A stretch of 64,000 bases of DNA, taken from contig JBDRQD010000048.1 in NCBI GenBank assembly GCA_043826455.1, positions 64,001 to 128,000 of the forward strand, read 5' to 3'. This DNA comes from Candidatus Bathyarchaeota archaeon. Its GTDB lineage: Archaea; Thermoproteota; Bathyarchaeia; TCS64. Made by a program: the position numbers and the translations under genes. The notes beneath the pieces were generated by a model. That model was not told where the DNA came from. It saw only the letters and a program-made list of their open reading frames with translations, and did no database searches. Shown here piece by piece: positions 9,383 to 18,487 of the stretch. How positions within the stretch are numbered: the first letter of the stretch is position 1; each line of letters starts with the position of its first letter.

Positions 9383-9429
9383 CCGAAGCAAAGGTAAGGG
9401 GTATAAGCTGCGGTTCACATGCATCTGCG

Positions 9430-9891
9430 ATGTATAAAGTCGCTGAACTCCGCAAACGATCCGAGGCCATCCTAGAGTACCTGGAGAAGTCCAAGGACAA
9501 GACGGACAGGTTCATGGAGCGTTTCCACGGCTACAAGCTGGACCACGAGACAGCGGACAAGATTAAAGGACACGCCGAAGAAGCCTTGGTCATCGTGTTC
9601 TCCGCGGAGTGGTGCCCCGACTGCTACAGGAACGTGCCGGTTCTGGGCCTCATCCATGAGGCCACCGGCCTGGAGGTGAGGGTCTTCGGCCACATGATGA
9701 GGGACTCTAAGAGCAGCACCAGGAAGTGGGCTGTGCCCCCCAGCCCCTCGGAGGTGGACGAGTTCAACGTCGCTAAGATACCCTACGTCGTGGTCCTGAG
9801 CCGGAAGGGGGAGAAGCTTGGGGAGATCGTGGAGAACCCGCCCCAGGGTAAGACTATGGAGCAGGCCCTCCTCGACATCTTGGAGCCCTAG
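9430..9891 (+). CDS. Thioredoxin-family protein
   Basis: WCPDC motif and cis-Pro KIP. Confidence 0.8.
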   Translation: MYKVAELRKRSEAILEYLEKSKDKTDRFMERFHGYKLDHETADKIKGHAEEALVIVFSAEWCPDCYRNVPVLGLIHEATGLEVRVFGHMMRDSKSSTRKWAVPPSPSEVDEFNVAKIPYVVVLSRKGEKLGEIVENPPQGKTMEQALLDILEP

Positions 9892-10384
9892 TTACTTTTT
9901 ATTGATGATTGTGATTATCTTCTTTTTCGGTGCCTCGGTCGTCGACTTAATTGTGGGCTGGTGTCCCGTCTATTAATGAAAGTAATCGCCATTAGTTGAT
10001 ACCCCCTTACCTTTTTTCACATCAGGCTCTCCATCACGCCTTGCTTTATGTGTTGAATGGGCCGCGTTTTTGTATGGAATGGATAGCGTTTTTGCGTAGA
10101 TTGGGATCGAAAAGGCGGGTTTCCTGGCCTCCTTTTGGGGTGGGGCGGCTGTTTCCGGTTTTTCTTGCTCTACCCCCCTCCCCCCTCACCGTGGCTCCGG
10201 TGCTGGCGTGGTGGGCGTATCGTTCGCTTGGTGCTTATACCGTCCTAGAGGGTATAAGGCGGAAAAAAAGTCCATCTTTTATTACATGCTTACCCTCGGT
10301 GAGATGTTTCCTCATGTTAAGCTGAAGAGTCTCAGAAAACACGGTAAATCGAAAACCTCTATTAACGTACCACCCCTTTGAGGT

Positions 10385-10951
10385 GTGGTGACAGCCTTGA
10401 AGCCCGGCACCATCCATAATAGGTTCACAGCCAGAGACGGCAGAGAAGTCATCCTCCGGACTCCAAAATGGGACGACCTAGACGACATGCTGGATTTCAT
10501 CAACAGCCTCGTCGAGGAGGAGGTCATGATCACCGTCAACCAGAAGCAGACCCGAGAATCAGAGATAGACTGGCTCGCACGCAAACTCACAAACCTGGAG
10601 AAGGACAAGATCATCAACGTGGTCGCCGAAGTGGAGGGAAGAATGGTGGGCAGCTGCGAGGTGGAGCCCAGACCCGGGAGGTTCAGCCACGTGGGCATCC
10701 TAGGCATCTCCGTGAAGCAGGGCTACAGGGAGGTGGGAATAGGCCAAGAACTCATGAAGGAAGTCGAGAGGCAAGCCGCCCAGATGGGCCTCGAGAGCAT
10801 CATACTGGAGGTGTTCGACACCAACGACCGAGCCGTACACGTCTACCAGAAGATGGGGTACACAAGAATCGGGGCCATCCCTGACGGCATAAAGTACAAG
10901 GGAGAGTACGTGGACAGCGTCTACATGGTCAAAAAACTTTGCTCATCATAG
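10385..10951 (+). CDS. GNAT acetyltransferase
   Basis: GISVKQGYREVGIG motif A; NDRAVHVYQKMGY. Confidence 0.85.
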   Translation: MVTALKPGTIHNRFTARDGREVILRTPKWDDLDDMLDFINSLVEEEVMITVNQKQTRESEIDWLARKLTNLEKDKIINVVAEVEGRMVGSCEVEPRPGRFSHVGILGISVKQGYREVGIGQELMKEVERQAAQMGLESIILEVFDTNDRAVHVYQKMGYTRIGAIPDGIKYKGEYVDSVYMVKKLCSS

Positions 10952-10984
10952 TTATCAACGTGGAGTCCAATACATGGAACGCGG

Positions 10985-11527
10985 GTGAATACCGTGTTCA
11001 AGGCTTTCTCGTCTAAAGGCGGTGCAGATGTGATTCTCAGACCGTTGAAGTGGAGAGACCTAGACGATATATTGGAGCTCATCAACGAGCTCATCGAGGA
11101 GGAGGCCATGATCGGCGACGATAAACCCACGACAAGAGACCAGCAGGTGGACCGCCACGCGGACAGGATGAAAGCCATCGAAAGCGGCCGATCCGTTGTC
11201 ATCACCGCTGAGGCCGACGGCAAGGCGGTGGGGATGGCCAACGCCAGGAAAAGAGGGGGCCGTCTAAGCCACACGGCAGGACTCGGCGTCTTCGTCCGGA
11301 GAACGCATAGGAACCAAGGCATCGGCTCAGAGATGATGAGGGAGCTTGAAGCCCAGACCAAGAACATGGGCGTCGAGATACTCTACCTAGAAGTCTACTC
11401 CATAAGCCCGGCCGTCGAACTCTACAAGAGGCTAGGATACACTGAGTACGGCAAGCTACCGGGCGGCATCAAGTACCGCGGAGAGTACGTGGACATGATC
11501 TCCATGTACAAGCGGATAGCCGGGTAA
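10985..11527 (+). CDS. GNAT acetyltransferase (tandem paralog)
   Basis: HRNQGIG, AVELYKRLGY; GIKYRGEYVD shared with the upstream paralog. Confidence 0.85.
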   Translation: MNTVFKAFSSKGGADVILRPLKWRDLDDILELINELIEEEAMIGDDKPTTRDQQVDRHADRMKAIESGRSVVITAEADGKAVGMANARKRGGRLSHTAGLGVFVRRTHRNQGIGSEMMRELEAQTKNMGVEILYLEVYSISPAVELYKRLGYTEYGKLPGGIKYRGEYVDMISMYKRIAG

Positions 11528-11535
11528 CGGATACC

Positions 11536-11705
11536 TTTTTAAAAGCCTCAGCCACAATTCATACTCGGAGACAAGGGAATGAGTGTGCATCACTCGGACT
11601 GGACAGACTCCTCCTAGCGGAGGAAGCCATTTCTAAAAGCCACCCTAGTCCCGACCAAGCCAACGACCCAGCGGCAACGCTGCGCGTGAAAGGAGAAAAC
11701 AAGGG
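11536..11705 (+). promoter_or_regulatory. trpS promoter and structured 5' leader containing a Trp-codon uORF (11579-11617)
   Basis: TATA-like TTTTTAAAA 11536-44; uORF MSVHHSDWTDSS*; hairpins GAGTG/CACTC, TCCTCC/GGAGGA, CAGCG-GCAA-CGCTG; long-range TCGGACTGG/CTAGTCCCGA. Confidence 0.55.
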
Positions 11706-12842
11706 ATGACGAACCAGAACAAACAGGAGATGGTGGTGACGCCCTGGGAGGTCAGCGGCGACATCGACTACGGAAAGCTCATGGAGCAGTTCGGAGTCCA
11801 GCCCATGACCACGGACCTGGCGGAGCGCATCGCTAAGCACGCCGGAGGCATGCACCTGCAGCTACGGCGAGGAGTATACATAAGTCACAGGGACCTAGAC
11901 TGGTGGCTGGGGGAGTACGAGAAAGGCAACAGGGTGGGCCTCTACACGGGCCGCGGACCCAGCGGCCACGTCCACCTGGGCCACCTGCTGCCCTGGTTCT
12001 TCTGCAAGTACCTCCAGGACGCCTTCGGCGCCGACCTGTACTTCCAGATGACGGACGACGAAAAGTTCCTCCACCGGGAGGACCTGACGCTGGAGGAGGC
12101 CATCCGGCTGACCTACGACAACTCCCTGGACGTCATAGCATGCGGCCTTGACCCGGAGAAGACGCACATAATAAGCGACTCGGACCACATCAGCCACATC
12201 TACAAGCTAGGCCTCAAGGTGGCCAAGAGGATCACCTTCAGCACAGTGAAGGCCGTGTTCGGGTTCAACAACAGCGACAACATCGGAGTCATCTGGCACC
12301 CCGCCCTCCAGGCCATGGTGAGCTTCCTCCAATCATACAGAGAAGGACAAAACATACCGTGCCTCATACCGGCGGCCATCGACCAGGACCCCTACTGGAG
12401 GATGACCAGGGACATAGCCGAGAAGATGGGCTACTACAAGCCGGCCCAGATCCACGCCAAGTTCCTGCCAGGCCTCGCCGAAGGGGGTAAGATGAGCGCC
12501 AGCCAGCCGGAGACCGCCATATTCACCACTGACCCGCCCAAGGTAGCGGCCAAGAAGGTGATGAGCGCCTTCACAGGCGGCAGGGACACCGTGGAGGAGC
12601 AGAGACGCCTCGGCGGAAGGCCGGAGAAATGCAACGTCTACGCCTACTACTATTTCCTCTTCGAGGACGACGACGAGAAGCTGGTAGACCGGGAGATGAT
12701 GTGCAAGAACGGTTCCATCCTCTGCGGCGAGTGCAAGAAGCAGCTTGCCGACAGGGTGAAGACCTTCCTCACGGACTTCCAGGCGAAGCGGGAGAAGGCC
12801 AAGGACGTGCTGGAGGACTTCCTCCTCAAACCCGTGAAATAG
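11706..12842 (+). CDS. trpS: Tryptophanyl-tRNA synthetase (archaeal/eukaryal type)
   Basis: VTPWEV, YTGRGPS, HLGH, AIDQDPY, KMSAS, CGECK. Confidence 0.97.
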   Translation: MTNQNKQEMVVTPWEVSGDIDYGKLMEQFGVQPMTTDLAERIAKHAGGMHLQLRRGVYISHRDLDWWLGEYEKGNRVGLYTGRGPSGHVHLGHLLPWFFCKYLQDAFGADLYFQMTDDEKFLHREDLTLEEAIRLTYDNSLDVIACGLDPEKTHIISDSDHISHIYKLGLKVAKRITFSTVKAVFGFNNSDNIGVIWHPALQAMVSFLQSYREGQNIPCLIPAAIDQDPYWRMTRDIAEKMGYYKPAQIHAKFLPGLAEGGKMSASQPETAIFTTDPPKVAAKKVMSAFTGGRDTVEEQRRLGGRPEKCNVYAYYYFLFEDDDEKLVDREMMCKNGSILCGECKKQLADRVKTFLTDFQAKREKAKDVLEDFLLKPVK

Positions 12843-13184
12843 CTACCCCACTGAAGCTCTGAGGACCCTCCTCAGGGCGTCGTAAGGAAACTCGTCTTTC
12901 TCATTGAACCTGACGCAGCTCACCCCGTGGCTCAGACCTGGGAAGTTGTCTGCGATCCTTTTCCTCTGCTCGTCGTCGAAGAGGTATACGCTGATGTAGT
13001 GCTTCTGGCTGGCGAAGGCCACCACGTTTTCTTCGAGCATGTAGGTGGGCATGCCGTGTTCCATTGTCTCCGCCGCCCCATGCAACTCCTCCATTATGAT
13101 TTCTCGCAGCTTCCTCAGAGTGCCGCGCCTGGCCTCGGGGGCCTTGGAGCTGTACTCCTCGACGCCGTCAGCATCGATTTTCAT
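12843..13184 (-). CDS. DUF1801/YdhG-like protein
   Basis: ETMEHGMPTY, FASQKHYISVY, SCVRF. Confidence 0.75.
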   Translation of the reverse strand: MKIDADGVEEYSSKAPEARRGTLRKLREIIMEELHGAAETMEHGMPTYMLEENVVAFASQKHYISVYLFDDEQRKRIADNFPGLSHGVSCVRFNEKDEFPYDALRRVLRASVG

Positions 13185-13284
13185 GGCAAATATATCGGCT
13201 ACTGTGTTTTATTGGTTTTCAGTTTCAGACCTAGGCCGGGCCAGGGGGAGAGACGTTAACTGTGGCACAGCCCCATAATTGTCC

Positions 13285-13629
13285 ATGAGCGTCGTGAAGG
13301 ATATGGGCCAGATAGAGGCGAGGCCCCACCCCTTCCTAAGAGGTATAACCATGAGGGTCCTGTACTCAAGGGAGGGTGACGGCGGGGACGCCACCTGCTT
13401 CACAGTAACCTGCCCGGTGGGCTCAGAGATCGAGGAGCACGTCCACCCCAGCGAGACGGATATGATCTATGTGCTCAGGGGCAGGGCCACCATGTGGATC
13501 GAGGACCGGGGCGAGGTGGTGCTAGAGCCGGGTGTCTTCGTGGCCGTCCCCAGGGGTCTGAGGCACCGAACCTACGACGTGGAAGAAGAGCTCCACATCT
13601 ACGACGTATTCACCCCACCCATGTTCTAA
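13285..13629 (+). CDS. Cupin-domain protein
   Basis: HVHPSE...VLRG...VPRGLRH. Confidence 0.85.
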   Translation: MSVVKDMGQIEARPHPFLRGITMRVLYSREGDGGDATCFTVTCPVGSEIEEHVHPSETDMIYVLRGRATMWIEDRGEVVLEPGVFVAVPRGLRHRTYDVEEELHIYDVFTPPMF

Positions 13630-13699
13630 TATTATAGAATTCCCAGTAGCTGGATCACACCCTTCGAGAAAGATTAAAGCAACCAGAGACAAAATATCC

Positions 13700-15241
13700 A
13701 TGATATTGATGTCAAGCGACCTGTCAAAGCAGTACCAGGCACTACTTGAACGATCCAAGGAGCTGGCCGTCATAGGCTCAGCCGGCGCCATACTCAACTG
13801 GGACATGGAGACCAAGATGCCCCCCGGAGCCGTGGAGCTCAAGAGCCAGCAGCTGGCCTTCATCCAGAAGGTGGGCCACCAGAGGCTCACTGACCCCGAG
13901 AACGGGCGCACCCTGGACGCCATAGAGAAGCACCCGGGCTACGAGGGCCTAACACAGCTTCAGAAGAGGAACGTCCACCTGGCGCGGAAGGCCTACGACG
14001 AGAACACCAAGCTCCCCGAGGAGCTGGTTGTGGAGATCGCCAGGCACCAGACCGTGGCGGTGAACACCTGGAAGCGGGCCAAGGCGGCCAAGGACTATGC
14101 CATGTTCAAGCCCGACCTGGAGAAGATGATTGGGCTCCAGATGAGGCAGGCCGAGCTGCTGATGCCGGTGAAGGGCGCCAAGACCCCCTACGACGCGTTG
14201 ATAGACAACTTCGAGCCCAGGATGACCGCCGACAACATCACCAGGCTCTTCGACGAGATGAAGAAGGGCTTGAAGAAGGTTCTTGACAAGATCACTGCCC
14301 AGCCCAAGCCGGACACAGAGTTCCTGAAACGCAGAGTACCGGCGGCCACCCAGGAGAAGATAGCCGACAGCATCGCCGAGTTCCTCAACTACGACACAAA
14401 GTCGGACAAGGCGTCGGGCAGGATCGACACCACTGAGCACCCCTTCACCACCGGCTACTACACCGACGTCAGGATCACCACACATTACCATGAGGCCCAG
14501 TTCGCCTCCAGCCTCTTCAGCGTCCTCCACGAGGCCGGCCACGCCCTCTACGAGCTGGGACTACCCCGTGACTGGATGTACCAGCCAGTGGGCTCATCGA
14601 CCAGCTACGGCGTCCACGAGTCCATGAGCAGGTTCGTGGAGAACTACGTGGGCCGCAGTCCGGAGTTCTGGGCCCACTACCTGCCCGTCCTGAAGAAGCT
14701 GACGGGCAAGACCCTAAAGGATGTGAGCCTGGAGCAGATGGTGAAGGCCGTCAACTATGTGACGCCAAGCAAGATCAGGATAGAGGCGGATGAGGTCACA
14801 TACGGGCTCCACATAGTCATCCGGTTCGAGATGGAGAGGGACATCTTCGCCGGGAAGCTGACCGTGGACGAGCTGCCGGAGGCGTGGAACCAGAAGTACA
14901 GGGACTACCTGGGCGTCGAGGTCGAGCACGACAGCGAGGGAGTCATGCAGGACACCCACTGGGCCATCGGCTACTTCGGGTACTTCCCCAGCTACGCCCT
15001 GGGCAACCTCTACGACGGCATCTGGACCCAGAAGCTGGGCAGGGACATACCCGACTGGAGGACCAGGATCAGTGAGGGCGGCTTCAGTGAGGTGAAGGAC
15101 TGGCTCACCGAGAACGTGTATAGGTACGGCAACCTCTACGACCCCGAGGATCTGGTGAAGCACGTCACCGGGAAGCCGCTACAGGTGAAGCCCTTCATAG
15201 CGTACCTGGAAAAGAAGTTCCAGGCCCTCTACGGCTACTAG
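13700..15241 (+). CDS. M32 carboxypeptidase
   Basis: HPF, DVRITT, HEAGH, HESMS, IRIEADE, QDTHW, GYFPSYALG. Confidence 0.95.
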   Translation: MILMSSDLSKQYQALLERSKELAVIGSAGAILNWDMETKMPPGAVELKSQQLAFIQKVGHQRLTDPENGRTLDAIEKHPGYEGLTQLQKRNVHLARKAYDENTKLPEELVVEIARHQTVAVNTWKRAKAAKDYAMFKPDLEKMIGLQMRQAELLMPVKGAKTPYDALIDNFEPRMTADNITRLFDEMKKGLKKVLDKITAQPKPDTEFLKRRVPAATQEKIADSIAEFLNYDTKSDKASGRIDTTEHPFTTGYYTDVRITTHYHEAQFASSLFSVLHEAGHALYELGLPRDWMYQPVGSSTSYGVHESMSRFVENYVGRSPEFWAHYLPVLKKLTGKTLKDVSLEQMVKAVNYVTPSKIRIEADEVTYGLHIVIRFEMERDIFAGKLTVDELPEAWNQKYRDYLGVEVEHDSEGVMQDTHWAIGYFGYFPSYALGNLYDGIWTQKLGRDIPDWRTRISEGGFSEVKDWLTENVYRYGNLYDPEDLVKHVTGKPLQVKPFIAYLEKKFQALYGY

Positions 15242-16206
15242 CTCTTCTTATCCCACACTCTCTGGGTGCCCTCGAGCTCCCACCGGATTATCTCGTCCAG
15301 GTCCGTTGACCCGTACATCTCCATGAGCTGCTCCTCGGGCAGCACCTCCAGCTCCAGTCGCCTCCAACGAGATACGCCGACTAGTTCGTTGAACTCGGCC
15401 CAGCTCACACCCATCCCGGCCAGCTGCTTGACGTCCCTATGCTCTTTAAGCACCCTCAGGCTGTCCACCATGGCCTTGGTGGCGGAGTAGAGGCAGATCA
15501 TGGGGACAGATAGGTATTTTACACCCAACCTCTCCATGTCGCCGATCTCGAAGGGCGGCGTCTTGCCCCCGGGGATGATGTTGAAGGCCAGTGGAGCCGG
15601 CACCGTATCCACCAGAGTCTCAACCTCCTGGAGGCTCTGGGGCGCCTCAACGTACACGTAGTCGGCCCCCGCCTCTGCGTAGGCAGTGGCCCGCTTCAGG
15701 GCGTCCTCGAAGCCGTTGACGGTCCTGGCGTCGGTCCTCGCCCCCACCACCATGTCCGGGTTCTCCTCGTCCCGGCCCTTCAACGCGGCAGCCACCTTCT
15801 GGAGCATCTCCTCCACCGGGACGACCTGCTTGCCGGCCATGTGGCCGCACCGCTTGGGCCAAGTTTGGTCCTCGACTCTGACGCCGGCGGCGCCGACCCT
15901 GGCGAAGTTCTTCACGGTCCAGTACACGTTCAACGCGTTGCCGTACCCTGTGTCCACGTCTACGTCCACGGGCAGGCTCACCGCGTTCACTATGGTTCGG
16001 GTGCGCTCCAGCATCTCGTGGTACCCGATGAGGCCCATGTCGGGTTGCCCGATGAGTGAAGCCGATATGCCGTAGCCTGAGGTCCCCACCGCGGTGAACT
16101 CCGCCTTCTCTATGAGAACGGCTGACAGCGCGTCGTAGGCGCACGGCCGGAGCAGGAGCCCGGGCCGCCCCAGAAGCTCCCTGAACCTTTTTCCCTTCGA
16201 AGCCAT
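15238..16206 (-). CDS. Isocitrate lyase/PEP mutase superfamily lyase (methylisocitrate-lyase-like)
   Basis: DVDTGYG, EDQTWPKRCGH, GARTDA. Confidence 0.85.
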   Translation of the reverse strand: MASKGKRFRELLGRPGLLLRPCAYDALSAVLIEKAEFTAVGTSGYGISASLIGQPDMGLIGYHEMLERTRTIVNAVSLPVDVDVDTGYGNALNVYWTVKNFARVGAAGVRVEDQTWPKRCGHMAGKQVVPVEEMLQKVAAALKGRDEENPDMVVGARTDARTVNGFEDALKRATAYAEAGADYVYVEAPQSLQEVETLVDTVPAPLAFNIIPGGKTPPFEIGDMERLGVKYLSVPMICLYSATKAMVDSLRVLKEHRDVKQLAGMGVSWAEFNELVGVSRWRRLELEVLPEEQLMEMYGSTDLDEIIRWELEGTQRVWDKKS

Positions 16207-16251
16207 GGTTGAAGGTGAGCCTGAGCCGTATTAATGGTTGCGTGATGCGTG

Positions 16252-16590
16252 TCACGTGGGCCTCTTCACGTGGATGGCGTGCTGGCTTCCCACGTTGTGA
16301 CAGCTTAACGCGGTCTCCGCCTCCTCGTCGGTACAACCGACCAGCAGCTTGGTCTCCACGTCGCCCTTCAGCAGGTCGACGGCGCAGATGACGCCCGTTA
16401 CTGCCCCGCCTTTCAGGCCCCCCACCCAAACGTCTACACCGGCCCCGTCCCCGGAAACCGTGCCCTCCAAGTAGCCGTAGTCGAGAGGGTAAACAAAGTC
16501 TTGGTACACCTTGTGGCGGCTTCCCTTAGGGCCGTTTATTACTAGTCTGTGAGTCGACACAAGCCTGTCCAGACCACTCCAGTAGTCCAT
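16252..16590 (-). CDS. Short inorganic-pyrophosphatase-like protein
   Basis: PKGSRH, YPLDYGYLEGT, DGAGVDV. Confidence 0.7.
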   Translation of the reverse strand: MDYWSGLDRLVSTHRLVINGPKGSRHKVYQDFVYPLDYGYLEGTVSGDGAGVDVWVGGLKGGAVTGVICAVDLLKGDVETKLLVGCTDEEAETALSCHNVGSQHAIHVKRPT

Positions 16591-16641
16591 CTTTCCTCAC
16601 AGTTTCATTCATATTCCACGTATACGTATTTTCCCTCCGAG

Positions 16642-17604
16642 ATGAGCCTCCCCCCAGAGTTCAGGGCCAGCTACAGGAAGCAGAAGTACAGGCTGGTGGG
16701 CGCACACAGCGCCGTGAAGACGTGCCACTGGGTGCGCCGCAGCCTCAACACGGGGGGCCAGGAGAACTGCTACAAGAACAGGTTCTACGGGGTGCCGACA
16801 CACCGCTGCCTCCAGATGACCCCCAGCCTGGGCCACTGTACCCAGAGCTGCCTCTTCTGCTGGCGGGCCACCCCGGAGACGCTGGGCGTATCATGGGACC
16901 AGACCAGGGACATAGCTGACCCGGAGGACCCGGACAGCGTCGTAGATGGTGCGCTGGCTGCCCACAGGAAGGCCATGAACGGTTTCGGAGGCAACCCCAA
17001 CGTGGAGAAGAGGCTGCTGGACGAGGCTAGGAAGCCGCTCCACGCGGCCATCAGCCTGGAGGGAGAGCCGACACTATACCCGCGGCTTGGTGAACTCGTT
17101 GACTCGTTCAAGAGTAAAGGGTTCAAGTCGGTGTTCATAGTCACCAACGGCACCAGACCCGACGTGCTACAGAGCCTGAGCGCGGAGCCATCGCAGCTCT
17201 ATGTGAGCCTCTGCGCCCCCGACGAGGAGACATACAGCAGGGTCTGCAGGCCCATGGCGAAGGACGGGTGGGGTAGGGTAATGGAGACCGTGGAGCTCCT
17301 GCAGTCCTTCAGCTGTCCCACGGTGCTCAGGCACACCCTGGTGCCCGGCTTGAACATGGTGAACCCCGGGGGCTACGCCAGGCTGGCTGAGCAGTCCAAC
17401 GCCACCTACCTGGAGCCCAAGGCGGCCATGTCCGTGGGGGCTGCCAGGGCTAGGTTCGGGTACGACGAGATGGCCTGGTTCGAGGATGTGCAGAGGTTCG
17501 CTGCATTGATCGCTGAGGAGTGCAGCTACAGGGTGGTGGACGAGCACAGGTGGAGCAGCATAGTGCTTCTGAGCAGGCTGGATAAGCCCATCAGGTTGTA
17601 CTAA
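16642..17604 (+). CDS. taw1: 4-demethylwyosine synthase (radical SAM, Taw1/TYW1)
   Basis: HSAVKTCHW, CYKNRFYG, HRCLQMTP, CTQSCLFCWR, AISLEGEPTLYP. Confidence 0.93.
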   Translation: MSLPPEFRASYRKQKYRLVGAHSAVKTCHWVRRSLNTGGQENCYKNRFYGVPTHRCLQMTPSLGHCTQSCLFCWRATPETLGVSWDQTRDIADPEDPDSVVDGALAAHRKAMNGFGGNPNVEKRLLDEARKPLHAAISLEGEPTLYPRLGELVDSFKSKGFKSVFIVTNGTRPDVLQSLSAEPSQLYVSLCAPDEETYSRVCRPMAKDGWGRVMETVELLQSFSCPTVLRHTLVPGLNMVNPGGYARLAEQSNATYLEPKAAMSVGAARARFGYDEMAWFEDVQRFAALIAEECSYRVVDEHRWSSIVLLSRLDKPIRLY

Positions 17605-17638
17605 GCGTTAATAGCCAACGTTCGCGTATGGGTTCAGT

Positions 17639-18115
17639 ATGATCGATAAAATCGGCGTGAAGACCACCATCCGGGAGCTGGTGGCCTACAAGACGTTAAA
17701 GCCGGGGGAGAACGAGGTGGCGGAGTGCGCCAAGCTGAACAGGGTCCTCTATGAGCGGGGGGCCAAGCCCAAGGACCCCACCATGGTGCTCTTCTACGAC
17801 CCCAAGGACGAGCCCGGGTGCAGGCGCGAGGTGATTATCCCCATCGACAGGGAGGTGGAGGGGGTGGACACCAAGATGATGCCCGAGATCAAGGTGGCAT
17901 TCCTGGTGTTCATAGGCACCAGCAGGCCTGTGGAGTACTACTACGAGGAGCTTTACAGGTATGTTGAGGAGCGGGGCCTGAAGCCTTCATCTGAGATGTG
18001 CAGCATCGAGGCCGTGTACCAGCCTGCGGAGTACGGGCTGAGTTACGGCAGCTTTATCGATGAGGATACTCCGGAGCACTGGTCGACGGAGATCATGATC
18101 CCGGTCCAGGAGTAA
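17639..18115 (+). CDS. GyrI-like small-molecule-binding domain protein
   Basis: Size and pattern (YEELYRYVEERGL...EAVY...TEIMIPV). Confidence 0.6.
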   Translation: MIDKIGVKTTIRELVAYKTLKPGENEVAECAKLNRVLYERGAKPKDPTMVLFYDPKDEPGCRREVIIPIDREVEGVDTKMMPEIKVAFLVFIGTSRPVEYYYEELYRYVEERGLKPSSEMCSIEAVYQPAEYGLSYGSFIDEDTPEHWSTEIMIPVQE

Positions 18116-18151
18116 ACTCTTTTAATCTCATGTTTGTTCTTGTTTGCCTGC

Positions 18152-18225
18152 GCGACCGTAGTCTAGTGGTAGGATCTTGGCCTTCCAAGCCAATAACCCG
18201 GGTTCAAATCCCGGCGGTCGCACCA
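18152..18225 (+). tRNA. tRNA-Gly (TCC), CCA encoded
   Basis: GCGACCG acceptor, TTGGC-CTTCCAA-GCCAA anticodon arm, GGTTCAAATCC, ends ACCA. Confidence 0.95.
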
Positions 18226-18270
18226 ATTGTTTCCTTTTTTCAATGGTTCTGGGTTGAGATGTTTTGTTGT

Positions 18271-18420
18271 TTGTGTGCGCGTGGGGGGGAGGGGGGGGTC
18301 CCATCACCGCCACCGCTTTTCCCTGTTTTTAGGCTTGTTTTGTGTTTTAGGGGGTTTTTATGGGTTTTCTGGTGGCGGTGGAGGGCGGCGGTGTCCGCCG
18401 TGTTCTTTGCTCGCCCAGGT
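18271..18420 (+). repeat. tRNA-associated dispersed repeat, copy A (~150 bp)
   Basis: Near-identical 5' and 3' blocks shared with 44136-44289; G-run and CACCGCCACC/GGTGGCGGTG inverted repeat. Confidence 0.9.
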
Positions 18421-18487
18421 GTTAGGGGGGCCGTCGTGGCGGGTGTGGTTTCGTGAACTTCACTCCTAGGACATATAACTGGCGCAG

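Noticed and set aside
10234..10258. dif-like Xer site
   Set aside because: Arm orientation (TTAT...ATAA) and the 9-nt spacer do not match the dif ATAA-N6-TTAT layout
10385..11527. Tandem GNAT paralogs (likewise tandem HADs at 18488-19977) as a toxin or defence system
   Set aside because: Ordinary diverged duplications with no antitoxin-like partner
11560..11705. T-box riboswitch upstream of trpS
   Set aside because: No TGG-ACC T-box antiterminator consensus and no long Stem I; reported instead as a uORF leader
18271..18420. CRISPR array or IS end
   Set aside because: Only two dispersed copies, no repeat-spacer periodicity, no cas or transposase gene, no terminal inverted repeats
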